DNA from: Nemertoderma westbladi
Taxonomy: Eukaryota; Animalia; Xenacoelomorpha
Length of the DNA: 64,000 nt
Assembly (NCBI GenBank): GCA_032718475.1
Contig: JAUCBJ010001674.1
Coordinates: 1 to 64,000 of the forward strand
Direction of reading: 5' to 3'
Position numbers and translations under genes: made by a program. Each line of letters starts with the position of its first letter. Positions within the stretch are counted from its first letter, which is position 1. The notes below the pieces were generated by a model. The model saw only the letters and a list, made by a program, of their open reading frames with translations, had not been told where the DNA came from and made no database searches. Of the stretch, positions 1 through 11,665 are shown piece by piece.

Positions 1-542
1 TTTGGAGCCTCCGCCTGTTCTAGAATTTTGGAAATTTTTTGTCTTATTACTTCTTTAGAGTCATTCACTTCAAAGGTTAGAAGGGCGAACTTCCAGGTGA
101 GAATTCTAGAATCGGTTTCAAGTTCAGATGAAGCGGCTCGAAGAATACGCAGGTCACGTGTTATACTTAACGGTTCTGTAGAAGGACGACCTTGTCGACG
201 GCCTCCCAACGGAACCCGGATAGTAACTCTCCGTCTAGAACCGCCCGCTGTGCCGGAGCGAGGTACCGAATTCGCAGCAGCGTTAAACATTGTAGGCGAA
301 TTTGCCGGAACTTGAATTCTATAAGGGGAGAAACTAGTCGACAATTCCGCTCGGACAGCTTCCCTTACCGAATCTACTGTAAACGCATTTGGCATAGGTG
401 GTGGCGAGGTCGATGGATTTGTATTCTCGTTTAGATTGCGATTGTGAATGGTGGGAGTATCATCCACTAAAAGAGAACGACCGCAACTAGTACAGAAATT
501 CAGTTAATTTGCTGAACCACATGCTCCACAAAAACGCGGCAT
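1..542 (-). pseudogene. 5' part of a gene encoding an N-terminal double-CxxC zinc-ribbon protein, with one premature stop; probably a transposon accessory gene
   Basis: Manual translation from ATG at 542: MPRFCGACGSAN*LNFCTSCGRSLLVDDTPTIHNRNLNENTNPSTSPPP... TAA at 504-506; the frame is then open to the window edge. Not in the supplied ORF track. Confidence 0.6.
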
Positions 543-800
543 TGCAGTTTATTCTTCCTCAGTTTCTTACACTTAATTAAATATATCACGCTAATACATA
601 ACTAACAACAAACTGTGTAGCCTAGTGTAACTTCATACTGCATAGGCCATACTGCACCGTCGACAGTTTTCGTAAATTAACATTATATATTCTAGAATAT
701 GCCTTTTTTGTGATTGGCCTATTGAATTCAATAGAGAGATAAAGGAATTTATACGGAATTTATTATAACGAGTGATTTTATACTGATGTGCTATGGCAAA

Positions 801-1370
801 TACTGAAAGATAATCACTGAAAGATAAATACGTTACTGAAAGATAATTAAGTATTACTGAAAGATAATCACTGAAAGATAAATACGTTACTGAAAGATAA
901 TTAAGTATTACTGAAAGATAATCACTGAAAGATAAATACGTTACTGAAAGATAATTAAGTATTACTGAAAGATAATCACTGAAAGATAAATACGTTACTG
1001 AAAGATAATTAAGTATTACTGAAAGATAATCCAGTAAATACTGAAAGATAATTCAGTAAATACTGAAAGATAATTCAGTAAATACTGAAAGATAATTCAG
1101 TAAATACTGAAAGATAATTCAGTAAATACTGAAAGATAATTCAGTAAATACTGAAAGATAATTCAGTAAATACTGAAAGATAATTCAGTAAATACTGAAA
1201 GATAATTCAGTAAATACTGAAAGATAATTCAGTAAATACTGAAAGATAATTCAGTATTACTGAACGATAATTTATTAATTACTAAAAGATATTGTAGAAC
1301 ACTGAAAGATATTAATTATTACTGAATGTAAATTTATACTGAATAAAAAATATTAAAACACTGAATATTG
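801..1370. repeat. Tandem array on the core ACTGAAAGATAA: four 54-bp composite units (801-1016), then 22-bp units TACTGAAAGATAATTCAGTAAA, decaying to about 1370
   Basis: Directly visible periodicity. Confidence 0.95.
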
Positions 1371-1371
1371 A

Positions 1372-1389
1372 CCCTAAAGAGACGCCATA
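1372..1389. mobile_element. Probable terminus of an IS3EU-like DNA transposon (reverse complement TATGGCGTCTCTTTAGGG)
   Basis: The array ends next to ...CCCTAAAGAGACGCCATA. TAYGG termini with subterminal repeats are what I recall for IS3EU. The partner end is not in the window. Confidence 0.4.
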
Positions 1390-2439
1390 GTTATATGGTG
1401 AGTTTTTACAATTACAATTACAAATACCACTTTACCACTGTACCAGACGACCTAAATATTAGCACTTTAGCTACTGTGTTATGAGTGGAATGGCAAATAG
1501 AGCAGATTTTTATCAAGATTCCAAATTTGAATACCGTTTAGGAAGATCTGTCCAATGGTTGTCTGCCCGTTTGACTGTCGGTCTGTCTGCCCCCCCCCCC
1601 CCCCCCCCCCCCCCCACCCATTCCTCCCCCCAATATGCAGGTTGGCAAACTGCTGTTCAAAATTTAAGTGTTTATTTTTATGATAGAAATTTAGTTAATG
1701 TTTTCAAATGAGGGAATTTCAAAGTTCTGATTTGGATGAAATAATCACGAAAATTATTAGCTAAACTTATGTAGAGTAATAACGAAGGACCAACTGAGCG
1801 AAGCATAGAACTAACAAAAACTGTGTAATATAGCATCTAACAACATACTAGATTTACTACAATCCGGCTTTCTACCTGGTCACTCGTGCAAACCTGCTTA
1901 ATATATCTGGACAAGCATTCGACATTGTCAACATGTTCGAACATTGTTCGACATTATTGGCCTGGATGAACATAGCTTCAACTGTTTCAATCATAAATAT
2001 CTGGCAGATCCCAGTTTGTCCAGGTAGGAAAACTCTCGTTCTAGAACACTGGGAATAGACTTAAGGGGGGGGGGGGGGTAGCGCATTTTCTGACCAAAAA
2101 GACGAATTTTAGAAACATATCCTATCTGATGCAGAATTTCATGCTGAATCCAAATATGGAAACCGTTTTCCCATATCTTGCTTAGTTTTCGAGATATCTG
2201 GGGTAGAAGATACTGGCCCCGATATATCGCGATATTGGTAAATGCGATGAAGTTTGGGGTTTGCATTCAATTTCTGCAATTTTCTGTGCTCAGTGGTGCC
2301 AATTGGATGTCCCCACGAGAAAGAGTACATAATTTTAATTGAGAAGGTATTTTTTGTATGATTATTGGACCTACTGATCAGTTTATAAGAGAACTTCAAG
2401 TCTCCGGAATAAAGACGGGACTCGAATAAGAGACTCTGC

Positions 2440-3370
2440 GGTCTTTGCAGGATTACAGTATACGGAATAGACTTATCGGTCATTGGAGATGTATAATCTC
2501 CAGTTCTGGTGCTCGTACGAAGTTCGTTTTAGGCTCTTTTCTCAGAGAACAAAGTTATCATTTGATTTAAGATAAAATGGTTGTGAAGCAACATAACATG
2601 AATTTGGCAAAAATATGCCTTGCAAATTTTGTTCAAGTTATGATTGCGCAGGCAGCTTTCAAGAGTTTGCCAAACCAAATTGTAACTTTGGTCTCTGAGA
2701 AAAGAGCTTTGCTAAGCCATCTGGCAGGTATCCAGCCACTACTTCATCATAACGGGATTTTGAGATCCGATTGGGGGCACTCAACCTTCTTAGTATACCT
2801 TTCAGTCGGGTGAGCGCCATGCTAGAATTATTAACCATGACTATCTGTTTGTTTCCATAACATTGTGGATCTCCAATGTCCGTTAATGAATTCAGCCTGG
2901 TCCATAAGTGCTACGCAATACCTATCTTCTTCGGATAAGTTTTCGTCGTTCCCGGCAAACTCTTGGGTTTCAAAATTAAAGTACCTCGTCATCTCTCCGA
3001 CTCTAGGAACGATGTCGGATGTTGATGGGTTCTAGCTACGGAACAATGTCGGATGTTGATGGGTCTAGCTTCAATTTGATATTTAGGAAGGTATGTATAA
3101 GTATCAGTGGTCTCCTCCTTTATGCCACACAAAGTCCAGCCCATAAACGTCCTCTCCACATAGAATCCATCACCAGGTTTTGTTTATCTGGCGATGTTGC
3201 CTGTTGGAAAGTCTGGTGTATCTAGGCCGATTATAGACTGACTTTATTAACATCCAGTTCTGGACAATGGAGATCAACATCTGGTCCGTCCATTTGTATT
3301 AGCAGCGAATAATCCCCTGAATATTGGAATCTTACACATAAGTTGGTGTGTACCAAAGCGTTGTATATTA
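2440..3370 (-). pseudogene. Degenerate BEL/Pao pol fragment (protease C-terminal half and pre-RT region)
   Basis: Frameshifted translations PELDVNKVSL/IIGLD, PGDGFYVERTFMGWTLCG, FINGHWRSTMLWK and NNSSMALTRLKGILRRL..SRYDEVVAGYL match BEL/Pao motifs and parallel VQILIG..YAVRTRVGWYLTG in the intact ORF at 58541-63364. Confidence 0.75.
2533..2707. mobile_element. Small 175-bp MITE-like element with about 32-bp terminal inverted repeats
   Basis: GCTCTTTTCTCAGAGAACAAAGTTATCATTTG at the left versus CAAATTGTAACTTTGGTCTCTGAGAAAAGAGC at the right; no clear TSD. Confidence 0.6.
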
Positions 3371-3649
3371 TGAGGTCTAGTTTATTTTAGTTTAGGTCTA
3401 GATTATGAGTATAGTATGAGGTCTATAGAAGTGTCTTATTATACGCAGCAAAACTCGCAGTGGCTTTGGGGAAGGCAGGATTTTCATATTAGATGGTAAG
3501 GTCTTAGAAGTAGTTCAAAAGTTTAAGTACCTTGGACATATAATAACACGAAGTGGGGCCTTCGCGCAGCACGTGAAATGAGTTAATGCTAAGTATCAAC
3601 TCGAAAGGATTATAAAAACATAGGAGAAGATTTTCCCGGAAAACGTTAA

Positions 3650-4550
3650 CCCTCTAGCGGGAGACTGGGTAACTGAAGAAGGAAGGATTAGTTTCCCTAC
3701 AAAGCCACAGCCTATGGTCTATTACATATCTACCAAGTTTCCGATTGACGGATCATAAATAACGAAATGTTGGAAGGTTTTCACTTTCATACATTTAGCC
3801 CTCTAGCGGCATATTAAAGAACTACGGATCGATCACCTTCCTCACAAAGACGAGGCATGTGGTCTAGTACATACCGGTACTGTATATTCCAAAATTCAGC
3901 TTAAATAGATTAAGATCAAGGAATTCGCAAAGGTTATCACTTTCCTACATTTCGCCCTCTAGCGGCAGACTCGAAAACTCCGGACCGATTACTGTCCACA
4001 CAAAGACTTAGGATGTCTTCTAGTACATATATGACAAGTTTCAGCGTAATCAGATCATAAACAACTAAATGGAAGAATAATTTCACATTCGGGACATTTC
4101 GCCCTCTAGCGGCAGACTGGAGAACTGCAGACAGATTAGCCTCCTTTGAAATTTACAGCTAATGGTCTAGTACATACTTCCCAAGTTTCAGCTTAAACGG
4201 ATTAAAAGCAAAGAAATGGGTGGCCATTTAATGTTTAGACATGTGGCCCTCTAGCGGGAGACTGGAAAACTTCGGACCGATTACAATCCACACAAAGACT
4301 CAGGATGTCATCTAGTACATATATGACAAGTTTCAGCGTAATCAGATCATAAACAACTAAATGGAAGAATAATTTCACATTCGGGACATTTCGCCCTCTA
4401 GCGGCAGACTGGAGAACTGCAGACAGATTAGCCTCCTTTGAAATTTACAGCTAATGGTCTAGTACATACTTCCCAAGTTTCAGCTTAAACGGATTAAAAG
4501 CAAAGAAATGGGTGGCCATTTAATGTTTAGACATGTGGCCCTCTAGCGGG
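3650..4550. repeat. Diverged ~147-bp tandem repeats anchored by CCCTCTAGCGG, including a near-exact 292-bp dimer duplication
   Basis: Anchor motif at 3650, 3799, 3955, 4102, 4247, 4394 and 4539. Confidence 0.9.
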
Positions 4551-4675
4551 AGACCATTGCACTGATGGTGTCTGAAAGTCTCTCAAAAATCTCAACTTTT
4601 GCTTATATTGATACCTACAAATTTTCAACTTGGCAGCTTTAAATCCGACAAAGTTATTAGCATGTCAAAATCGTA

Positions 4676-4742
4676 ACGACGACGACAACGACGACGACGA
4701 CAACGACGACGACGACAACGACGACGACGACGACGACGACAA
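4676..4742. repeat. (ACG/ACA)n microsatellite
   Basis: Directly visible. Confidence 0.95.
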
Positions 4743-6245
4743 CTATTTGCATAAATTGACCCACCCCCTAACAGTGTCAATTCGCTAAGGCTCCGCCAAC
4801 TTCGTGGCTCGCCCCACAAGTGACTTTTGTGATGACGAGGACATCAAGGCCCAGACAAGGAAGTTTTATTCGCGTGCAAACCAATTAATTCGTAAGTTCA
4901 GTGGGTGCTCCGATAATGTAAAAATACAACTCTTTTCTAGTTATTGTTCATCTGTTTATTGTAATGCCCTCTGGGCTGACGGTTACTACACACGTAACGT
5001 GTTTAATAAACTTTGTATAGCACTAAATAAATCGGTTAGGAAGTTATTTGGTTTTAAATTGTATGAGAGTATTACACGTTCGTGGGGCCTTCGCGCAGCA
5101 CGAGGCCCAGTTATGAGATACAAATTAATATCGAGCGACTGTATCACAAAATCAGTATTTAACTTTATAAATTAGTAAAATTTAGAAATTTAACCACACC
5201 GCCAATCAATCAAAAAAAGAGGGACAGTACGTGTTCAGCCCTTTAAATCTGCACCCCCACCCCACCCCACCCCCCCCCCCCCCCCCCGCCCCCGACCCTT
5301 CCCACCCACCAATACATAACCGCGACATCTACCACCCACGGAAGGTAGCACAAACTTATTTCCAATCGCACGTTCAATATGCGAAGCCAGGTGGTTTATA
5401 GGAATATAATCTACGCAGTACTAAATACAGTCGATGCAGTAATGAATGATATTCAAATAATTTATTTAATATACTGTTAATGCCTCTGAAAACTTAGACA
5501 ATTAAAATACACAGAAATCCCATCAAAAAATAATAAGCATAATATTTTGAGAAATAAACAATTTTGGATATAAGCCTTCTGCAGTGGTAATCTTATTGAC
5601 TGACAATCATTAAATGAGATCTGTCTATTACCTGAGACTAAAGAACACAGACTCTATAGTGTAATAGGAGGTAGGGAATGCAGGTTTCAATCTCGTTAGG
5701 TCTAGCTGGCAGCCGTGTGGCTAGTTACATACAACCCCCCTCCACTGGCATTCCCAGCAACTGGCTCCCTTACACACACATCCCCCATCTATGTACCAGC
5801 CAACTTGCAAGTTGGCCAATAAATGATCAGTATTTAATGAGAATCAATTTTTTATGCCGTTTTAATTACTTTAGATCAATTAAAGACACAATTATTAAAG
5901 CAAATCACTTGAACTAATTAAAAACTATAATAGAATGGCGTATGTGGATTACATCTGTATAATTTTTAATTATAATTATTTAAATCTTATACTGTAAAAC
6001 AATTAATTTCCTTTAAAAGGCAGGTTGAAAATGGTGTTTTCACCGTAATCAACTTAATTAACTAATTAACTGCTATTATCTTAGCTTCTCGAAGGCCACA
6101 CGGAAATTCTACTTGGAAAATTTCTAAACTTTTGCCAAACAACATGTGTACCAAGTTTGGATAGATTTCATCAAAGATTGGCCGAGTTATTAACGTTTAA
6201 AATTGAACACGACAGAACGACAGAACGACAGAACGACAGAACGAC

Positions 6246-9200
6246 ACGTTCGTGGGGCCTTCGCGCAGCACGAGGCCCAGTTATTAGATACAAATTAAAA
6301 TTGAGCGACTGTATCACAAAATCAGGTTTTGAGAAATTTACCCACACCACCAATCAATCAAAGAAAGGGGGACAGTACGTGTTCACCCCTTTTAATCCCC
6401 CCCCCCCCCCCCACCACCCTTCCCAACCACCAATACATAACCGCGACATCTACCACCCACGGAAGGGTAGCACGAACTTATTTCCAATCGCACGTTAAAT
6501 ATGCAAAGCCAGGTGGTTTATAGGAATATAATAAACGCAGTACTCGTTTTCATTATAAGCCTCTTTGCGTTCGTCCTGTTTTGTATTTAAATATATTTCT
6601 TAAACGCAGGCTAGGACGATCTTTATAATAATAATAACTAGGGATGCGATCAATATGTGAAGCCAGGTGGTTTATATAATAATTTAGTCAACGCAGTACT
6701 CGTCTTCATTATATGCCTCGTTGCGCTCGTCGCTTGTCCTGTTTTGTCATAAAATATTTTTCCTAAACGCAGACTGACGATCTTTATACAGTTATAACTA
6801 TGCGAAGTTTCGAAACTGTGTGAGTAACTGTTGATACATCTATGTGGAGATGTGTGATATGTGGAGGTGTGTGATACAACGCCAACGCATCTTATGCCGA
6901 TGTAGTAATATGGGTATTGAAATAATATTAAATCAATGTACACTCTTAAAGCTGCAGCGAAAAAATGTAGCTAATTTCCTAGGTTACCTATAAAATAATA
7001 ATATTATTTTTAAGAACATTAATTTTACTACTTTGCAAAAATTCAATTAAAAAATAACCAGACATATACATTGTGGAATAAACTATTTCAGAAGCCTACA
7101 ACAGCCATGCCATGGATAGTATTTATGTTATTATATCTGTCATTTACATGTCTGTCTGGGCTGGAATAGCAATACTGGTTGCCTACAGTATTACAATTCC
7201 TCTCTGGTTAGTCTACAGCCACAACTCCAAGCCAGCTAGCTCCACACCAGCAGAGACTTGACCAATAATCATTCCCAGCAACTGGCTGCCTTACATCCTT
7301 CCATCTATGTACCAGCATGTTAGCCAATAAATGAGCAGTATTTAATGAGAATAAATTTTTTATGACGTTTTAATTACTTTAGATCAATTAAAGACACAAT
7401 TATTAAAGCAAATCACTTGAACTAATTAAAAACTATAATAGAATGGCGTATGTGGATTACATCTGTATAATTTTTAAGTATAATTATTTAAATCTTATAC
7501 TGTAAAACAATTAATTTCCTTTAAAAGGCAGGTTGAAAATGGTGTTTTTACCGTAATCAACTTAATTAACTAATTAACTGCTATTATCTTAGCTTCTCGA
7601 AGGCCACACGGAAATTCTACTTGGAAAATTTCTAAACTTTTGCCAAACAACATGTGTACCAAGTTTGGATAGATTTCATCAAAGATTGGCCGAGTTATTA
7701 ACGTTTAAAATTGAACACGACAGAACGACAGAACGACAGAACGACAGAACGACACGTTCGTGGGGCCTTCGCGCAGCACGAGGCCCAGTTATAAGATACA
7801 AATTAAAATTGAGCGACTGTATCACAAAATCAGGTTTTGAGAAATTTACCCACACCACCAATCAATCAAAGAAAGGGGGACAGTACGTGTTCACCCCTTT
7901 TAATCCCCCCCCCCCCCCACCCTTCCCAACCACCAATACATAACCGCGACATCTACCACCCACGGAAGGGTAGCACGAACTTATTTCCAATCGCACGTTC
8001 AATATGCAAAGCCAGGTGGTTTATAGGAATATAATAAACGCAGTACTCGTACTCATTATAAGCCTCGTTGCGTTCGTCCTGTTTTGTATTTAAATATATT
8101 TCTTAAACGCAGGCTAGGACGTTCTTTATAATAATAATAACTAGGGATGCGATCAATATGTGAAGCCAGGTGGTTTATATAATAATTTAGTCAACGCAGT
8201 ACTCGTCTTCATTATATGCCTCGTTGCGCTCGTCGCTTGTCCTGTTTTGTTATAAAATATTTTTCCTAAACGCAGACTGACGATCTTTATACAGTTATAA
8301 CTATGCGAAGTTTCGAAACTGTGCGAGTAACTGTTGATACATCTATGTGGATATGTGTGATATGTGGAGATGTGTGATACAACGCCAACGCATCTTATGC
8401 CGATGTAGTAATATGGGTATTGAAATAATATTAAATTAATGTACACTCTTAAAGCTGCAGCGAAAAAATGTAGCTAATTTCCTAGGTTACATATAAAATA
8501 ATAATATTATTTTTAAGAACATTAATTTTACTACTTTGCAAAAATTCAATTAAAAAATAACCAGACATATACATTGTGGAATAAACTATTTCAGAAGCCT
8601 ACACAACAGCCATGCCATGGATAGTATTTATGTTATGATATCTGTCATTCACCTGAGATAGCAATACAACATTTATAGTGAATTTAAAGAATGCTGTCTG
8701 GGCTGGAATAGCAATACTGGTTGTCTATTACTATTCCTCTCTGGTTAGTCTTAGCAACAACTCCCAGCCAGCAGCAGAGACTTGACCAATAATCATTCCC
8801 AGCAACTGGGAATGACACACACATCCCATCTATGTACCAGCATGTTGGCCAATAAATGAGCAGTATTTAATGAGAATAAATTTTTTTTGCCGTTTTAATT
8901 ACTTTAGATCAATTAAAGACACAATTATTAAAGCAAATCACTTGAACTAATTAAAAACTATAATAGAATGGCGTATGGGGATTACATCTGTATAATTTTT
9001 AATTATAATTATTTAAATCTTATACTGTAAAACAATTAATTTCCTTTAAAAGGCAGGTTGAAAATGGTGTTTTTACCGTAATAACTTAATTAACTAATTA
9101 ACTGCTATTATCTTAGCTTCTCGAAGGCCACACTGAAATTCTACTTGGAAAATTTCTAAACTTTTGCCAAACAACATGTGTACCAAGTTTGGATATATTT

Positions 9201-9389
9201 CATCAAAGATTGGCCGAGTTATTAACGTTTAAAATTGAACACGACAGAACGACAGAACGACAGAACGACAGGTTGATTAATGGTACCACTACGCTAAGGC
9301 TCACTCACTTCGTGGCTCGCCCCACAGAACGACAGGTTGATTAATGGTACCACTACGCTAAGGCTCACTCACTTCGTGGCTCGCCCCAC
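6246..9389. mobile_element. Second (middle) nested copy of the same family
   Basis: Same termini; inserted in the (GACAGAAC)n microsatellite of the outer copy. Confidence 0.75.
7754..9325. mobile_element. Third (innermost, uninterrupted, 1.57 kb) nested copy
   Basis: Same termini; inserted in the (GACAGAAC)n microsatellite of the middle copy; near-identical to it over the first ~900 bp. Confidence 0.8.
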
Positions 9390-9881
9390 AGGTTGATTAA
9401 TGGTACCACTACGCTAAGGCTCACTCACTTCGTGGCTCGCCCCACAGACACTCATCTCAGTGCCAGTTATATGTTAATGTCACTTAGGATTAATTCAATT
9501 AATCATATTCATCGCTTTGCCTTACATAGTCTGTTTTTTAGAGTCAGGAATTCTAATAACTCAATTTTGTCACTTGTACATTCTGTTTGCGTGCCTCAGT
9601 CAATGCTTTTTAAAACGTATAACCGCCTCCGTCTGTAATTAGTTATTTATTTATTTATTTTTAAACAAATTGACGTATTTTGTTGGATAATATATTTCAC
9701 GTTTTTATTAACAAGTCTATGTGAATTGATGATGATAATATTGTGATTTTATTGACTCTATATATTTTTAAGTAAGCAGTATCAGGTACAACAATATCAA
9801 TTTTTTACTAAATGTGCTATAATTATGTAGGCTATGTCATTTATGATGAATATAAAACGATTATTATTATTATTATTATTA

Positions 9882-10940
9882 CTCTGCCGATCTGCAATTC
9901 TAGTTCACCACATTCATCCTCTTTATGGTCTGGATTGGCCTCTTATACTGTTCGTAGGTTAAGCCAAGTTGTTCGGTTAAGTCTTTATCAATTATCGTGT
10001 CATCCGAACCATTGTTGAGGATTGCCAATATCATCAATGATTTATTCACTCCTTGCATGGGGATGGGCTGGAATCACCTTAAGGATCTTCTATTAATCAT
10101 GTTCACCACATTTGAGATTCTAATAGTATCTCTTCTGGGTCGAGACTGCTCCGGTTGAAATTTGGTTTTAGGGTTATACAGTTTGATGCTCTTTCTTCCA
10201 CCCTCCTTTGTTGCTGAACGATAGGAGGGTTTGCCGGATTTAACATTGTTAGCATTTAACAACCTTGGTATTTTATTATGGCCTCGAAATGCGGCACTAG
10301 TTCGCCATACTTAAACTTCTGTCAGAATTCCACTGTGTGGTTATCTCCGCAGAATATGCAAAGCAATGACTCCAGTACTCCCTTGCGCTTAGAAGCCCAA
10401 TTGGCGAAGAAACAGGCCCGTTCCTTTCCACCGTCACTAAATCATCATCATATTCTTCATTGGTGTCCGAAACTTGGATAGCCATCATGCTGATGGGCTC
10501 ACGGAACATGGGTTTGGGTGTGGGAATTATTGACTTAGTTCCAGACTCCCTCCCATCCAGTCTAGATATACTCTGTTTTGAAAACATGGAACCATTCATC
10601 GCTTCCAACACATCATCTAGGAATCGGACATTTCCAGATATCTCGGATCACTATTCAGATGGTGCCGGCCAGGTCGACACATTTGTATACACATTTATTC
10701 TGTAACCATCCGGGAAACTTTCTGGAAATCTGTCTTAGTTTCCGGATATTGTTCACTTGATCAGGTTTCAGGCTGTAGTATGCCTCTTTCATTGAGTCTG
10801 AAAACTCTTGTATATTCTGGGGATCTCCCATGAACTTGCATCCTGTACCAACTTTTCCAGTGTTTTATTAATGATTGTTCCAGTATTTCCATAGCGCTTA
10901 TTCAAAGCATCCCATTCATCTTTATATGCGCCATCCGGCA
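9882..10940 (-). pseudogene. Degenerate BEL/Pao gag and protease N-terminal fragment
   Basis: GAYKDEWDALNKRYGNTGTIINKTLEKL (DUF1759-like Gag), LCIFCGDNHTVEF*QKF (zinc knuckle) and ILAILNNGSDDTIIDKDLTEQLGL (decayed aspartic protease site), with stops and frameshifts. Confidence 0.75.
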
Positions 10941-10944
10941 TCCG

Positions 10945-11665
10945 CTCTACGTGACGTCCGGTGACGTGCTTTCTCATACGCTGCAAAGTACTACTTTGCA
11001 ACGTTGCGGCCTAGAGGACGGAAAGCTGCAAAGTAATCAATGACATGGAAACAACTTCAATTACCGTATTCCAGAATGTATTATTTCCATTTATGTTAAT
11101 GAGTGCTGCTTTATTATCCAGTTTGCAGTGACGGGACTAGCTACTGTATGTAAATAATTGTTAACGTGTACTGTAATCCATTATGGCGAAACGTCCAATA
11201 GAAGAAACTTTAGAGAAAATGACCAAAGAAAATGGCGACAGTGTTCAGTAAAACTGAACGGACACAGACGGTGACTAAATTTGCATCAGTCGACTATTAT
11301 AGTCAAGATGGATTAATGATTTACCACATTCGTATAGGAGATAACTTCCAATAAACTTTAATTAGATTTAGATGTATAATTAATTATGTTTACCTGTTAA
11401 TACATTTAACTTATATTCGAAATAGTACATGATTAAAATGTATAAATGAGCATCCATAAGATCCTTTCTTCATATGCCGAACGCTGATAAGTTGACATAA
11501 TGTAACAATATTACATACATCATTGCTTGCAAAGGTCACTTTTCAGCGCTAAAGACCCTTGTGCCTTATAATGTAAATCTCACTCGCTGCGCTCGCTCGG
11601 TACATAAATAAACTCGGGTCGTAACGCGCTGCAAAGTGCTACTTTGCACGCAATGATGTAAATAG
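10945..11665. mobile_element. Unclassified non-autonomous element end with an internal inverted repeat (Crypton-like architecture)
   Basis: A ~35-bp inverted repeat 11516-11549 / 11626-11660 flanks CACTCGCTGCGCTCG; the palindrome GCTGCAAAGT..TACTTTGCA occurs near 10980 and near 11628. Confidence 0.35.

Larger units (their letters stand above)
3548..4817. mobile_element. Non-autonomous Helitron/Helentron-type (HINE/DINE-1-like) element carrying a tandem array and a microsatellite
   Basis: It precisely interrupts the LINE frame. Ends are ACGAAGTGGGGCCTTCGCGCAGCACG and CTTCGTGGCTCGCCCCAC, with a short asymmetric inverted repeat GTGGGGC/GCCCCAC, internal ~147-bp repeats and (ACG)n. Confidence 0.75.
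5076..9445. mobile_element. Helitron/Helentron-type non-autonomous element, outermost of three nested copies
   Basis: Left end ACGTTCGTGGGGCCTTCGCGCAGCACGAGGCCC (hairpin) and right end ...CACTTCGTGGCTCGCCCCAC; removal restores the LINE frame ESIT/DTH. Confidence 0.8.
3480..9880 (+). mobile_element. 5'-truncated non-LTR retrotransposon (RTE-X-like) in three pieces: about 3480-3547, 4818-5075 and 9446-9880
   Basis: Removing the insertions gives a continuous frame FILDGKVLEVVQKFKYLGHIIT|SDFCDDEDIKAQTRKFYSRANQLIRKFSGCSDNVKIQLFSSYCSSVYCNALW...LFGFKLYESIT|DTHLSASYMLMSLRINSINHIHR...NSNNSIL (RT thumb/C-terminus). (ATT)7 tail at 9860-9880. Confidence 0.8.

Noticed and set aside
2061-2400. TTAAGGGG... 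start resembling a DNA transposon end
   Set aside because: No partner terminus found, so boundaries and family cannot be supported.
2690-2740. ARWLSKALFS resembling a hAT-like transposase motif
   Set aside because: It spans the junction between the BEL fragment and a MITE TIR, in a frame with stops; the BEL frame explains the region.
6157-8446. Duplicated short ORFs (MDRFHQRL..., MYIDLILF...)
   Set aside because: They arise from repeated non-coding transposon copies and cross element junctions.
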